From Eledone cirrhosa (lineage: Eukaryota): DNA of 64,000 nucleotides. Below, piece after piece: positions 46,891 to 62,553 of the stretch. The stretch covers positions 122,140,001-122,204,000 of the forward strand of contig OZ024740.1 in the NCBI GenBank assembly GCA_964016885.1, written 5' to 3'. Under the pieces are notes generated by a model. It ran no database searches. It was not told where the DNA came from and saw only the letters and a list, made by a program, of their open reading frames with translations. A program made the position numbers and the translations under genes. Each line of letters opens with the position of its first letter. Position 1 is the stretch's first letter.

Positions 46891-46946
<56 letters not shown>

Positions 46947-46976
46947 ATAATAAATATATATATATATATATATATA

Positions 46977-47177
46977 TAACGAAGGAAATGTGGTAAGGAA
47001 CCAGGTGGACCATAACGCACCAAAGTACTCAATACTTGAGGTTGTAGAGTGGGTAATAGGAACCAGTAAGACCCCGACAGCTGAGCTCAAGCCGTTTCGA
47101 CGGCTAATTCTGGACTAATTTAGTCCAGAATTAGCCGTCGAAACGGCTTGAGCTCAGCTGTCGGGGTCTTACTGGTT

Positions 47178-47182
<5 letters not shown>
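46977..47182. repeat. Near-perfect ~125-bp palindrome (47057-47182) with tail; tail repeated inverted at 45973-46065
   Basis: Centre ggactaatttagtcc; arms contain gtc-GAAA-cggc-TT. Confidence 0.88.
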
Positions 47183-47231
<49 letters not shown>

Positions 47232-48204
47232 CGTGTGTGTGTTCCATATATGTAAGATATTTAATGCAATATCAAACTTGACATATGTTTCGCAGATTAT
47301 TAGCTCAAGTATTTAATCGATATAATATAACAGACCCAGTAGATCTGCTCGTCATATGTATCGATTTATATGAAAACATTTCCCCGTTGGGACGCATATA
47401 TTTCAAACGCAGTATACGCACACACACATACACACACACATATATGTATGTATCCATGCGTGCACATGTGTAGATATGTATGCATGCATGCTTGTACTTA
47501 AATAGCATACAATGTTGGCAATTTGACAAAATCATTAGCACATTTGATAGAACGAATTAAGTTATTTGTTCCCAATCTCTTCAAATTATTGCATTTCATC
47601 ATTTCTAGATAAATAAAACACATCGACAGATCAATACTTTCTCTGTCACTTCACTATCTCTTTTTCTTTGACTTTCTCAACCTCTCTTTCACCGGAAAAA
47701 TCTTGTTCTGTTGAAACCTAGAAGAGGGTAGACTAGATCGTGTAGATTTTTCTACAAGAGCTCAGAGTGTACGAATGATACCCTGTATACATTCGTATCA
47801 ATATCATACTTTCATGTCTAAGGGCGCAGTCTCCCCTATAATATAACTCTATGTAGTTTTGGACCAAATTATTTTCAGAGACAAATTTAAAACCTCTGAC
47901 ATGTTCATATACTTTATTTCGAAGGCTTCCTATATTGAATACTAATTTTTCAAATCTAATTCACTTTATTTTTCATTTTGTTAATAATAAGTAACTAAAC
48001 AAATTCTCCGAGTGACTTTTAATCTTCATATGACATTTTAAGTTATGTTAACTAATCAGCGTAAAAGACTAAATTTCCCTGCAACAAATAAATTTAAAAC
48101 CGAAATTTATTTTACTCGCTAATTTCCACCTAGTTCCATAATAATTAGTTCTACTTCTCTCATATGCCAGCAATTTGAAGTTAAGTGGAATGTCCATTAA
48201 ATCA

Positions 48205-48575
48205 GCACCAATGTATTACTGGTACTTTAGTTTATTGATCCAGTAATTATGACAGATAATCCTGTAGGTTTTGAACTCAAAACTAAAAGAACCCGAACTA
48301 AATGCCGCATAGCATGTCCGATGCTCAGCCGATACTGCCATTCTCATTTTTGTCATAAAGTTCTCTGACATAGGGATAAGGCCAGCAGTTTTGAGGAATG
48401 GGAAATTCGGTTAAATTGACTCCAGTGCGTGACTGGAACTTTATTTTATCGACCTATTAATGATGAGAGGCTAAGTTAACTTCGGCGGTATTTGAACTCA
48501 GAACGTAAAGGGCTTTAACTCTATGTCGTAAAGCGTCGTGTCGGACGCACTACTTATTCTGCCAATCCCCCAACC
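48205..48575 (-). mobile_element. Two adjacent diverged SINE copies
   Basis: Both match the body of 32853-33045. Confidence 0.75.
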
Positions 48576-50946
48576 TCATCCAGTTCTGTAATAACAGTAG
48601 CATTGTTCTGTAATAACAGTAGCATAATCTAAATTTTGCCTATGGTTGTAGTAGTAATATTTGTATAGCATTTTTCACTGACCCCCTTCACATATTCTCA
48701 GACACAATTGTCTTATTCTGGAGATGCAATGGTACTGCATTGTATGGGTCTTTATTCTACATTTACAAAATATGACTTGGTTCACTTCAGACCAGTGAGT
48801 ATTAAAGGAAGAAATTAGTTACAAAACTTCGTTAGAGTGTTTTAACAAACGGTCTGAAAAGTTCTTTGAGGATATATATATTTTTTATATGTGAGTCGGT
48901 GGGGAGTGTACGCGGTTTATTGCTTTTCTTTTAGTTTTCATCTCGTTTGTAAAAGATGAAAGTTTAATATATATTTTTGGTTGACCGCCCCTTCCTTTCT
49001 TGTAATGGTACATTTGGCACGATTGCATAGCTTAACTGATCTAAATGTAATGAGCATTTTTTTGTTTTAACATTTGTATAATTTTTATTCATAAATTATT
49101 CAGTGAAGACAGCATTAAATTGATTCAGTGTATGAAGTTTTCTTTTTATTTCATACTAGCAAACCAGAAATACAAATTCTAATTCTCTTGAAATTGTTAA
49201 GTCAAATAAAAATAGATCTTAAGAGATATTTTATTAGCAATAATCAGCTGAAATTGAATTCTACCGAAACCTTTTTTTGCTAGTGTAATATTAGTAGAAG
49301 CAGTTTTTGTTGCCGTTGCTTTTTGTTTGTTCTGAGCGCCAATTCCATAGGATATGTTATACATATATATTTATATTCATTGCTATTACTACACGTTGGT
49401 AATTCTTTCAATACATCTTTACACTTGAATTTAAGAATCACTGTCGTTATAATCAGGTTTATATATTGTTTATTATGCAAAACCCAATAGTATTGTGAAC
49501 ATAATAGCGCTCACTTTGGTAATAAATTATACGTTTAAAGACAAGAGGAAGCTGTTTGGTGGCATTTCGACGTACGATTAAACTTTGAAATAAATTAAAC
49601 CTAAATACACATATCCCAATCAAAATAACCACAATTGTTTTCCACAAGAAAAGTAAAAATGTATGCCAATTTATCATAATAGATTTTAAATGTTTGAGAG
49701 ATTAAATCCACGTTGAATCCCTCTGAGGTTTCATATGCTTCTGCTAATATTCCAGCGATATTAAAACATATTTAAAAGCAGGTGTGTTGTAAATTTGATA
49801 CAAGTATTACATGCTTACAAACTGAACACCATAAAGCCAAGATTATTTCATAACAATGTGTGTGTATCTAGTGTGTCGAATGGATGATTACTCCCAAATG
49901 AAGTGTCATTTCTTCGTTATTAAAAAATCAACAAAAAGAATTCTGAATGAGAGTGGGTATTTATTTGATAGGATGTTAGGTATGTGTTATTAACAAACAC
50001 AAAAGAGATGTTGCCAAAGTTAATAAGATAAATTATTAGTCAGTGGGTGAAGAGAAGGGCCTCCAATAATAGTTGTAATGAAGACATATGGTATCCCCAC
50101 ACCGAATAGCTGGTTCGAATATTTGCAACAGAGCGGATTCTGATAAAAGCATCCACAAGGTGACATTAAATGGTTTGATGAAATAAATATACTGCTCATA
50201 CTAGGTCTACCAAACGTTAAATCTATTAGACTAGAGGCAGAGACTAATGTGCAGGTATTGGAGTTGATTTGAATTTTCACGACAATATTAGTAATTTGGT
50301 TTAGGGAATACTAATTAGTTTCTTTCGTTGGTTGATCAATATGATTTATGATTACTATCTTATGAATCAACCTAGGTATGAATTTATATCTCTGAGTCAT
50401 ACATCTTATTCTGTTCATTTGACTTTTCATAGTTGGTGAAGCAAGACACTGTATTAAAAGTGATATAAACCAGCAGCCTATTTAAAGCAGAATTTGTCTT
50501 ATCAGACTATCATTATAGACACGATATTTTATGCATTACTCATACCAACTAACCTATTCAGACAAGGATTCGCATAATTTCATCACAGTAAATCCATCAC
50601 TTGTTTTGAGAATATAACTTGAGCTTTGGCTGTTAAAATTTACTGCAATTATATATGCGGTTGAATGCTATAACCGAAAATGCTAAATACTTGCTTGCTA
50701 CAAGCCGATAAAAAGCCACTAGAAATGTGCATACTAGAAATAGCAGATATATGTCCTTCAGATTGGACACATAAATCAGAAATAATTTGCATAATGTAAT
50801 TCTAGTTATAGAATAACAAGGAAATTCAAAGCATAGCTATAGCTGGAATGCATTTAATCATACGTCTGATCTGGGCCTGTGTAACAACAATTAATTTTGC
50901 AATGGCACTCTATATTGTATATTACCAAACACAAGAATTCAGTGCC

Positions 50947-51074
50947 AAAGACAAGAATTCAGCATAGTATGTTTCTGTCTATAATATTTTACACATATTG
51001 TTACTATAGAGGCTATAGTAAAATTTTGTGTAAAATATTATAGACAGAAGGGTACTACACTGAATTTTTGTCTT
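50947..51074. repeat. Small imperfect fold-back palindrome
   Basis: aaagacaagaattcag..ttactatag agg ctatagtaa..ctgaatttttgtcttt. Confidence 0.75.
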
Positions 51075-51622
51075 TCAGGTAATAAGCTTCACAAACTGGT
51101 TATACGTTAAACACTACTTCCACCACCAGACTAAAAGCAAAAGCAACTTATACTTTTTGCAAAGGATGGAGATCTACCCGCCCAATTTAAACAACATTTC
51201 GTGATTTATACGTACTCGAGATATCTTTATCGTATCTTACAATTTGATGTCACCAATATAATCCATAGTATCCTATAGATATATGCTAGTATACAAAATG
51301 CTGGAGATGTGGTTTACTGCATCATGAAGCTTATTCAATATAAACGTCCGTGCTGCGTATGTAATACTCCTATGATAACGGTAACAAATTTGATAATAGG
51401 TTGACAGTCTGTTGTAAATGGGAAGTTATTATTAGTGCAAATGTTAAACGCTTTAAGCATGAGCTTTGATAAAACACTACTTAGTACACGGATTTATTGA
51501 TATTTCATAAGTACATGTTCAAAGAAAAACGCATACACACGTACACTTAATCATATTCAAAAACAAATATTAAGATATATACGTATATATATATGTACAT
51601 ATCATTATTTATTTATGTATAA

Positions 51623-51815
51623 TGGTCGGTGAATTGGCAGTATCAGTAGAGGGTTGGACGTCATGCTTTCTAGCATAGTTATGTCCCTGTACAGTCTGAG
51701 TTCAAATCCCGCCGAGGTTAACTTTCCCTTTCATCATTACGGGGGTCGATAAAATAAAGTACCAGTAATGTACTGGGTAATTGCTGGCCTTGTGCCTAAA
51801 GTAGAAACAATTATT
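51623..51815 (+). mobile_element. tRNA-derived SINE copy
   Basis: B box GAGTTCAAATCC and conserved body. Confidence 0.83.
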
Positions 51816-51839
51816 TCTTTATGTATATATATATATATA

Positions 51840-52305
51840 TATTAGAAATTAGAAATTATAAGCTTTCACCGTATTTTAAACTAAAGAAATTTCTAGCCTG
51901 ATAGTGGGGTTTATAACCCTCGGAGAAATGGAAAAAGATGAGTGTTGCCGTACATGGGAGTCGAACCCACATCTTTGGTTATCCATACCACTGCGCTACC
52001 GTTACACCAATACACATCCCATCTCCTTCCATTCGAATTAGAAGCTATGAACTTAGCAAGTGAATGATAGCTTGTTTATCATTCACTTGCTAAGTTCATA
52101 GCTTATAATTCGAATGGAAGGAGATGGGATGTGTATTGGTGTAATGGTAGCACAGTGGTCTGGATAATCAAAGATGTGGGTTCGACTCCCATGTACCGCA
52201 ACACTCATCTTTTTCCATTTCTCCGAGGGTTATAAACCCCAATATCAGGCTAGAAATTTCTTTAGTTTAAAATACGGTGAAAGCTTATCATTTCTAATTT
52301 CTAAT
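51840..52305. repeat. Fold-back palindrome with a tRNA-like cloverleaf in each arm
   Basis: Arms ~230 bp, centre ~52073; (TA)n flanks. Confidence 0.9.
52131..52200 (+). ncRNA. tRNA-like (pseudo-tRNA / Pol III promoter) sequence; mirror at 51946-52015 on -
   Basis: A box TGGTGTAATGG, B box GGTTCGACTCC, pairable acceptor/D/anticodon/T arms, atypical loop CTGGATA, TTTTT shortly downstream. Confidence 0.6.
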
Positions 52306-52360
52306 TTCAAACTCGCGCACCGTTTCAAAAACATACTTACATGTTTACGTTTATAATTTG

Positions 52361-52399
<39 letters not shown>

Positions 52400-52401
<2 letters not shown>

Positions 52402-53316
52402 AAATAATGAAATAAAAAATCAGTCATTATAGATATACTTCACTGATTTACGATCGTTTTTATGTGATGATAATACATTGTAACTATACTCCGTTATTGC
52501 TCTAGGTAAGGTTAGTTACAACATATCAGATAAAGAGAATATTTACGTACATGCATATCACCAGCTGTTTTCAAAAGCAATAATAATTTGATTCAGAATT
52601 AGTAGTATGTTAGTATCATGCCCTTATTTGGAAGTCGTTGAAGAACTAACCAATTTAATTGTTTTTTTCATATGGTGTTTAGATGAAAAGTAATGCACTT
52701 TAGTTGAAGTCATGATCTATGAAAGGAATGGTTGAATGGTGTTAATAGTAGAATTGGCATCATAATCTATTACGAGGAAAGGGATTGTCAAACTGATAGT
52801 TGAATGTATCTGGTATAGTGAAGTTTAAAAGGAATGTAAAAATAAATGGTGATTAGTGTCGTATTGAGTTTTTAGGGGAATATAAATTAAGGTTATGGCT
52901 AGGAAAGATAGTATATTAAAAGATGAACATTATAATAAGATAATGCGATTATATACAACATAACCAACACAATATAGTACGGTGTGGTGAATTGCACTAA
53001 GTATAATGCAGCATATCATAGGCTCTAAAATAATATCAAGTATGTTTAAGTATAAATAATCAAACTCAGATAAATACATGTTGGCATAGTTAAAGCGCAT
53101 AAATTCCATAGATTACAAAGTGCATATATCCACACTATATATAGAGAGGTACAGTTATATTGATATCCAACCAAAAATATACATACGCACAAATAGATGG
53201 AAATCTAAATACACATTTACACATGTGCACATAATCATATACACACATAACAATACATATCAATATCTACACATACACACCTATACCCACATATACACAT
53301 ATATATACATACACAC

Positions 53317-53401
<85 letters not shown>

Positions 53402-53551
53402 TATATACATATATACACACATATGTGTATGTACACACCTCATGCATGTACACACACACTCATACATAAACACTCATACACATTTACTCACATATACACA
53501 CACACAAACACACATATATATATACACACATACACATACACACACGCATAC

Positions 53552-53589
<38 letters not shown>

Positions 53590-54172
53590 CGTTTCTGAAT
53601 TTGTTTAGCAAGATTCTTTATCTGAAATCGTGTGTTGAAACCGATATTGTTATACTTTGGGAGGGTCATGTTGCCAATAAGAAACACACGCACCAGTTGC
53701 TTTCACTTCAATTTAATTTAATATATATTTATAAATTTACAAATTTATAAATTTCTGGTTGGTTGGTTGGTTCCACAACCAGATAGTTGTTTATATATAT
53801 ATAGTCATAGTTCTTTCGTCACACACTCTGTGACCTCTTCAGTGACTGGGGATTTCTTTCTTCGTTTCTGTGCCTTTCCTTTCTTCTATCCTACGCCATT
53901 TTGTTTGTGTGTCACACAAACAAAATGGCGTAGGATAGAAGAAAGGAAAGGCACAGAAACGAAGAAAGAAATCCCCAGTCACTGAAGAGGTCACAGAGTG
54001 TGTGACGAAAGAACTATGACTATATATATATAAACAACTATCTGGTTGTGGAACCAACCAACCAACCAGAAATTTATAAATTTGTAAATTTATAAATATA
54101 TATTAAATTAAATTGAAGTGAAAGCAACTGGTGCGTGTGTTTCTTATTGGCAACATGACCCTCCCAAAGTAT

Positions 54173-54215
<43 letters not shown>

Positions 54216-57200
54216 GATAAATATATATATACACACACATAAAATATATTACCATATGATACATAGATATATATTTACTCATGCAATTACGGGCGGTTGT
54301 GTATCTTGTTGCCTTTAGTCATTAATGCATAAACCTAGGGAAGCTAAAACATTAAAAGATAAAAAATAAGCATGAATGCATATAATTAGGTGAAAGGGGT
54401 ACTAATAAATGTTACTCTATATATAATTATAGTGAGTTGCTATTTAGAATATTTAATTAGGTTTATATTATTTAAATGTTCTTCGTATACGGTGATTACA
54501 AACTATGATCAGTTCCTGCCTTTTATTTAATAAATCATCCTTAGATTTAGTAATTTCCTCTGAACATAATCTGCATTCCCTCCTGTTCCCAAGATACGTA
54601 GTTCTTTGTAGAATGGTGTTCCAAGATAATTCGGAATCTTTGTTTTTCATTTTATAATTATTTACTGCTTCAGCTACAGATGTAGTGTTAGCTAGTTTAG
54701 TATTGTTGAAACTAGTAGAGTGTGCGTAAAATATTTTCTTAAATGTGTTTGATGTAGATCCTATATATGTTTTGTTGGAGTCTGTAGTAGACACAGTGCA
54801 TTTATATATTACATTATTAATCAAACAGTTGCCATTTATGGGGAAATGCTTCTATTTCTGCAATTACAGCCATACGTAAGATGGTTGTTGGGGGTGCCTA
54901 TACTATTCCCATTAATCCTTGAGCTATTAATATTGTAATTAATGATAGCAGGAGAATGAAGGTTGCTTTGTGGGTGGTTTGGTACTAGGATTCTATTGTG
55001 ATTTTGTGCTCTGTTGTTTTTGTGTTGGTGATTTGGGTGCTTGTGTTTTCTAGGTTGAAGGATTGTATTATTTGCTTTTTAAAAGGTGCAGTCCTATTTA
55101 AATTATGTTGTGGTGGTGTAGTCATATTATTTTAAAGTTTATAAATGTTGTAGTTGCTGGAGATTGTTTGATGTAGTGTATGAGAATTTAACAGTATATT
55201 TGTTAAATATTTGGTGGTATCTGTGGTTTGGTGGAAAATGTTTATGTAGAATTTCAAAGAATTTTTTGGGGATTTGTCCAATAGTTTCCAGGTTGATTGG
55301 TGCGTTGTACCATGCTATGTTTCTTTTGCGGTTTTTAGTTAAGTTCTTATTACCACTTATGTTATTGTGTTGTGTTCTAGAAGAATTCCTATCGTTAGTA
55401 TCCTTATTTGTAGAATTTGGTAAATTACCGTGGTTGTATTTGGTGTTATCATTGGGTAGATTATGAGATGTTGAGTGATTGGTATTCATATGTGGGTTGA
55501 TAACATTTGTCATAGATCGTGTAGTAATAGTTGTTGTGGTTTTTCGGTTGTTTGGTGTAATAGGAATAAGCACTTTAGGAATTTGTTTCAATGGTATTTT
55601 TTGGTGTTTGTAGTTTTTGCTAGGTTTTATATTTTGGTCCATAGTAGTGTTGGGGATATTTGAAAATATTTCTTTATATCCACTTCTAGTTAAGGCCTCG
55701 TAGTAGAAGGGTGCATTATTATAAAATATATCTTCGTTGGAACATAATTTAGAAAGTCTAAGTGATATATTTTATACTAAGTTCTTGAGTATAGAGCCAG
55801 GGTGGTTTGATCGTGAATGTACATAATGTAGATTCTGATTGGGTTTGTGGTAAGGTTGATAAGTATTCGTAGAGAGGTTTAAGGTAACGTCAAGGAAATT
55901 AGGTACTTTTGAAGTGTTTTCAAATGTGATGCTAATGCTGTAATAGTCCTTGAGGAATTTTTTAATTTGTTTTTTGTTTTTTTTCTATATTTGAATTTCT
56001 AAGATTGTTAAATAACAAAAGTCAATCATCCCGATAAAGACCACCTTTGAGGTGGGGAAAAGAGTCATGAATATTATAGAGGAGAAATAGTCCAGCGAGG
56101 TCTGTAACTTGAGCAGAGTCTATGGATCCCATCGTAATATCGAATAAGTTGTTATATGTGTTTCTTGTCCAGTATTCTTCTTGGTTTTTCTAGCGTGAGA
56201 TATGATGTTGATTTCCTCAGTAGATAAATCCGATCTATTTCTGGCGACGATCAGTGCTTTGTTTTGGAGAAATCGAAGAATAGTAAGAATCGATGTCGAA
56301 TTGAATGAATGAAGGTAAGTTTTTATTCCCAATGCTAGTGAACCATTCAGTAAATTGGGAAGTGTTATCCCATCGTGGAAGTGTTACACATTTTCTAATT
56401 TACGGAATGATACGATCAATAATATTTTTGCTGATATTACCGATATCAGATTTTGATGGGCATATCAGTCTAATAGATGGGTTCGAGTTAAAGTCAGATT
56501 TATGGTATTTCGGGTTGAAGTGTGGGTTTTTACGTGTGAAAGTTTGTCCTATCTTCAATCTGGAGCATTTTTACTATAGCACATGATATGTTGTTCAAGG
56601 ATATTAGTGCGGTGGTATTTGCTTTCTTCTAGTTCTTTCTAAGTTCTTTATATATGAACTTGTTATATTTATCGATATCTATATGGTACAAATTACAAGT
56701 TTTGTCAGAATGAACATGGACCTTGTTTGAATTTTTCAGTTGTAGAAGGGTAGAGTCCAATCCCTTTTGGAATTCTGATTTGTGTTTTCTGAACTTTATG
56801 TTTTTAATCATGTTCAGTAGTGTGCTCTCAACATTTTCATGTTGAATATTATGAGGAGGATTTTTGTATGTTTTGAATCCATAGCGGTACTTCATTTCAT
56901 TTGTATTGGTTTTGTTGTCAAAATGGTAGGCCCTCCATCTCATTCTCCTAATAAATTGGTTAATATTTTTGTATGAGCAAGAGAAGATATTCATCTTTAG
57001 GTATAATTGGAATATTCTTCAACGAGGTACCCAAAAATATTGTTTATCCATTCTGATGCAGGAATTAGATAAAAAAAAAAGAGCTCAACTAAATATTATA
57101 ATCAATTATGAAAAATATATTGAAGGGGCAAAATGCACAGAGGTATCTACAGGAAGTTGTGGGGTCTATTCTGCATGAAGAACTCTATGTAATCCATATG

Positions 57201-57590
57201 TTGAAAATGTTGTAAGTTAAGACAAATCCCGGAAAACAATAAAACATTAAAAGGAAAACAGAGTCATGATATAAGTTAAAACAATGAAATAAAAAATCAA
57301 GTCATTAGAGATATACTTCATTGCTTTACGATCGTTTCTAGGTGATGATAATAAATTGTAGCTATATTCAGTTATTGATAAATGTAAGGTTAGTTACAAA
57401 ATATCAGATAAAGAGAATATTTACTTACATGCATATCGCCAGCTGTTTTCAAAAGCAATAATAATTTTATTCAGAATTAGTAGTGTTAGTACCATGTACT
57501 AATTTGGGGGTAGTTGAAGAACTAACCAATCAAATTGTTTGTTCATATGGTGTTAAGATGAAAAATAATACACTCTAGTTGACGTCATGA
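52400..57590 (-). mobile_element. Third degenerate PLE (RT + GIY-YIG; Hydra-like) between direct pLTR-like repeats 52400-52715 and 57285-57590
   Basis: QFIRRMRWRAY, HSDKT, NIAWYNAP, VIYKCTV..TYIGST, CRLCSEE, LLNKRQEL..CNH. The flanking repeats carry a decayed HHR (GAAA cgatcg TA on -). Confidence 0.82.
53586..54180. repeat. ~535-bp near-perfect palindrome plus tail; second copy of the 39.3-kb family in opposite orientation
   Basis: Arms 53645-53910 and 53913-54180; HHR at 53977-54021 (+) and its mirror. Confidence 0.94.
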
Positions 57591-57596
57591 CGCATA

Positions 57597-57803
57597 ATGA
57601 TTTCTAGTATAGGCACTAGGCCAGCAATTTGGGGGGAGGGGAAAGTCGATTAAATCGACCTCAGTACGTTACCGGTACTTTCTTTTATCGACCCCGTAAG
57701 AATGATATGCAAAGTTAACATAGGATGGATTTGAACTTAGGAAGTAAATGACCGTAACCCTATGCTGCAAATCATGGTCTCCGATATTGACAGTCGACCA
57801 CCC
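57597..57803 (-). mobile_element. Diverged SINE copy
   Basis: ttttatcgaccccgtaag body motif. Confidence 0.7.
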
Positions 57804-57841
<38 letters not shown>

Positions 57842-57876
57842 TGTGAGAAAAACCACAGACCCTCCATCTCAACTCA

Positions 57877-57914
57877 CCTTTTGAAAAGCAGAAGAACTGC
57901 GAAACCGGTAAAGG
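57877..57914 (+). ncRNA. Type I HHR motif, U3-A8 variant, in repeat 57840-58050 (inverse copy 62702-62739)
   Basis: cctt TTGAAAA gcag aagaa ctgc GAAA ccgg TA aagg. Confidence 0.68.
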
Positions 57915-58045
57915 AACCAAATAAATATATATATTTTTTTAAAAAATAAGACTTCAGTTGCATTTTCGATTTCATCCCTTTTTCTTTATACTTCCACTCG
58001 TGTAGGACACCTCGGTTATTTTTCATTTTGTAAAAAAAACCTCAC

Positions 58046-59364
<1,319 letters not shown>

Positions 59365-59369
59365 TACAC

Positions 59370-59421
<52 letters not shown>

Positions 59422-59482
59422 ATATTTATATATATTTATATATATATATATATTTATATATATTTATATATATATATATTTA

Positions 59483-62125
59483 TAAAATAAAGTAAAATAA
59501 AAAGTCAAATGTTTAAAATTTAGCTTCGTTTATTGCTGCTATATATATTTCAGTGACAACCATATTTGGCTGTGACCTCTTCGGGCAGACCGAATTAGTG
59601 TGGTATAGACAAGTACATATGTTGTTGAGGTGTATAATATTGTGCAAACTCTGATATGCCCAGTTCCTGGTTGGGTTGTTATTTCACTGAGGAACTGGAA
59701 TCATATGAATTCAAACAAACGAATTTCAGTGTCAAAGGGCCTCTTCTCCTATAATTGGTCAGTTGTTAGAACATTCAATATTCTAAGTGTTGTTATTGTT
59801 GGAGTTAGCTTAAAAAATTGATAAAGTGGTAGAAGGGACAAGGTGTTAAAGGAACAAAATAACAAAAAAAGTGTCAAACTTCCCACTGGTCAGTTCTGAG
59901 AGCATTCCTCAGTCAGAAGTCTATAGAATTCAATCAGGGGTGAGGCTCCCTGTAGTGTTTTTGTTTGCTATTCTTAAGTACATTTGACCTCTACCAATAT
60001 TTTGGTAGTGTTGTTGGTGTTGTGGTCAGCTTATGTCTTGCTTCTGTTGACAATTTAGAAGTATCTGTGTGTGTTTTTTCTTCATCCCTCCTGCCACCAT
60101 CTCTCATATTGGTGGTGATGGTGGTGGGGTGTATTCCGTGTATATGAAGAAATATAAGTCAATAAATGAAGAAAACAGAAAACAAATAATATAATTTGTA
60201 TAATTTGAAAATAGATAATAAATAGAGAATAAAGAATAAAGAATAAATGAAAAATTGGTGAAAAAGTAATGAAAATGAATATGGAGAAGTGAAAAATAAA
60301 ATGAAGATTCAAATAAAGTAGGATAAAGTGTGTGTGTGCTACAACCAATCTCAAGGTCAGAAATATGTTGGATAGATTGGTGTGAGGGACAAGATGTTAG
60401 AATAACATAATCAAACAAAATGTGTTTGTGTAATAATCAATCTCAACTTTAAAATAAGGTGATTATATTTTTCATAATTGATTATAATATTTAGTTGAGC
60501 TCTTTTCTTTTATCTAATTCCTGCATCACAATGGAAAAACAATATTTTTGGGTACCTCGTTGAAGAATATTCCAATTATACCTAAAGATGAATATCGTCT
60601 CTTGCTCATACAAACAAATTAACCAATTTATTAGGAGAATGAGATGGAGAGCCTACCATTTTGACAACAAAACCAATACAAATGAAATGAAGTACCGCTA
60701 TGGATTCAAAACATACAAAAATCCTCCTCATAATATTCAACATGAAAATGTTGAGAGCACACTACTGAACATGATTAAAAACATAAAGTTCAGAAAACAC
60801 AAATCAGAATTCCAAAAGGGATTGGACTCTACCCTTCTACAACTGAAAAATTCAAACTAGGTCCATGTCCATTCTGACAAAACTTGTAATTTGTACCATA
60901 TAGATATCGATAAATATAACAAGTTCATATAAAAAAGAACTTAGAAAGAACTAGAAGAAAGCAAATACCACAGCACTAACATCCTTGAACAACATATCAT
61001 GTGCTATAGTAAAAAAGCTCCAGATTGAAGATAGTTTTCTGCCCTTTTCACTATATCACTTTATTTTTGTGTTGAGATTGATTATTACACAAACACATTT
61101 TGTTTGATTATCTTATTTTAACATCTTGTCCCTCACACCAATCTATCCAACATATTTCTGACCTTGAGATTGGTTATAGCACACACACACTTTATCCTAC
61201 TTTATTTGAATCTTCATTTTATTTTTCACTTCTCCATATTTATTTTCATTACTTTTTCACCAATTTTTCATTTATTCTTTATTCTTTATTCTCTATTTAT
61301 TATCTATTTTCAAATTATACAAATTATATTATTTATTTTCTGTTTTCTGCATGTATTGCCTTATATTTCTTCATATACATGGAATACACCCCACCACCAC
61401 CACCACCACCAATATGAGAGATGGTGACAGGAGGGATGAAGAAAAACACACACAGATACTTCTAAATTGTCAAGAGAAGCAAGACATAAGCTGACCACAA
61501 CACCAACAACACTACCAAAATAATGGTAGAGGTCAAATGTACTTAAGAATAGCAAACAAAAACACTACAGGGAGTCTCACCCCTGATTGAATTCTATAGA
61601 CTTCTGACTGAGGAATGCTCTTAGATCTGACCAATGGGAAGTTTGACAATTTTTTTGTTATTTTGTTCCTTTAACACCTTGTCCCTTCTACCACTTTATC
61701 AATTTGTTAAGCTATTTCCAACAATAACAACACTTAGAATGTGGAATGTTCTAACAACTGACCAATGAGAGGAGATGAGGCCCTTTGACACTGAAATTCG
61801 TTTGTTTGAATTCATAAGATTCCAGTTCCTCAGTTAAATAACAACCCAACCAGGAACTGGGCATAGCAGAGTTTGGACAATATTATACACCTCAACAACA
61901 TATGTACTTGTCTATACCACACTAATTCGGACTGCCTGAAGAGGTCACAGCCAAAGATGGTTGTCACTGAAATATATATAGCAGCAATAAACGAAGCTAA
62001 ACTTTAAAATTTTACTTTTTATTTAACTTTATTTTACATTACTCCGGAGTAACCAAACCAACGTGCGCACTTCGTCGAGTGCTCCAGCCTGCATACTGAG
62101 GTGTTGGTATACAACCAACATATAT
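59483..62125. mobile_element. Large fold-back composite: ~960-bp inverted arms ending in an HHR pLTR, enclosing a PLE ORF 5' fragment
   Basis: 59483-60447 is the inverse of 61070-62035; HHR at 61931-61985 (+); 60464-61034 is the inverse of 56549-57119. Confidence 0.9.
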
Positions 62126-62162
62126 AAAAATCTCTCTCTCTATCTCTCCCTCTCTCTCTCTC

Positions 62163-62338
<176 letters not shown>

Positions 62339-62349
62339 CTTATATATAT

Positions 62350-62386
<37 letters not shown>

Positions 62387-62462
62387 TTATAAGAATCAAA
62401 GAACTGTCCAAAACATTTTTATGTTTACCGTCGTGTTGTTGTCTGGCATGTTCAGACATATA

Positions 62463-62553
<91 letters not shown>

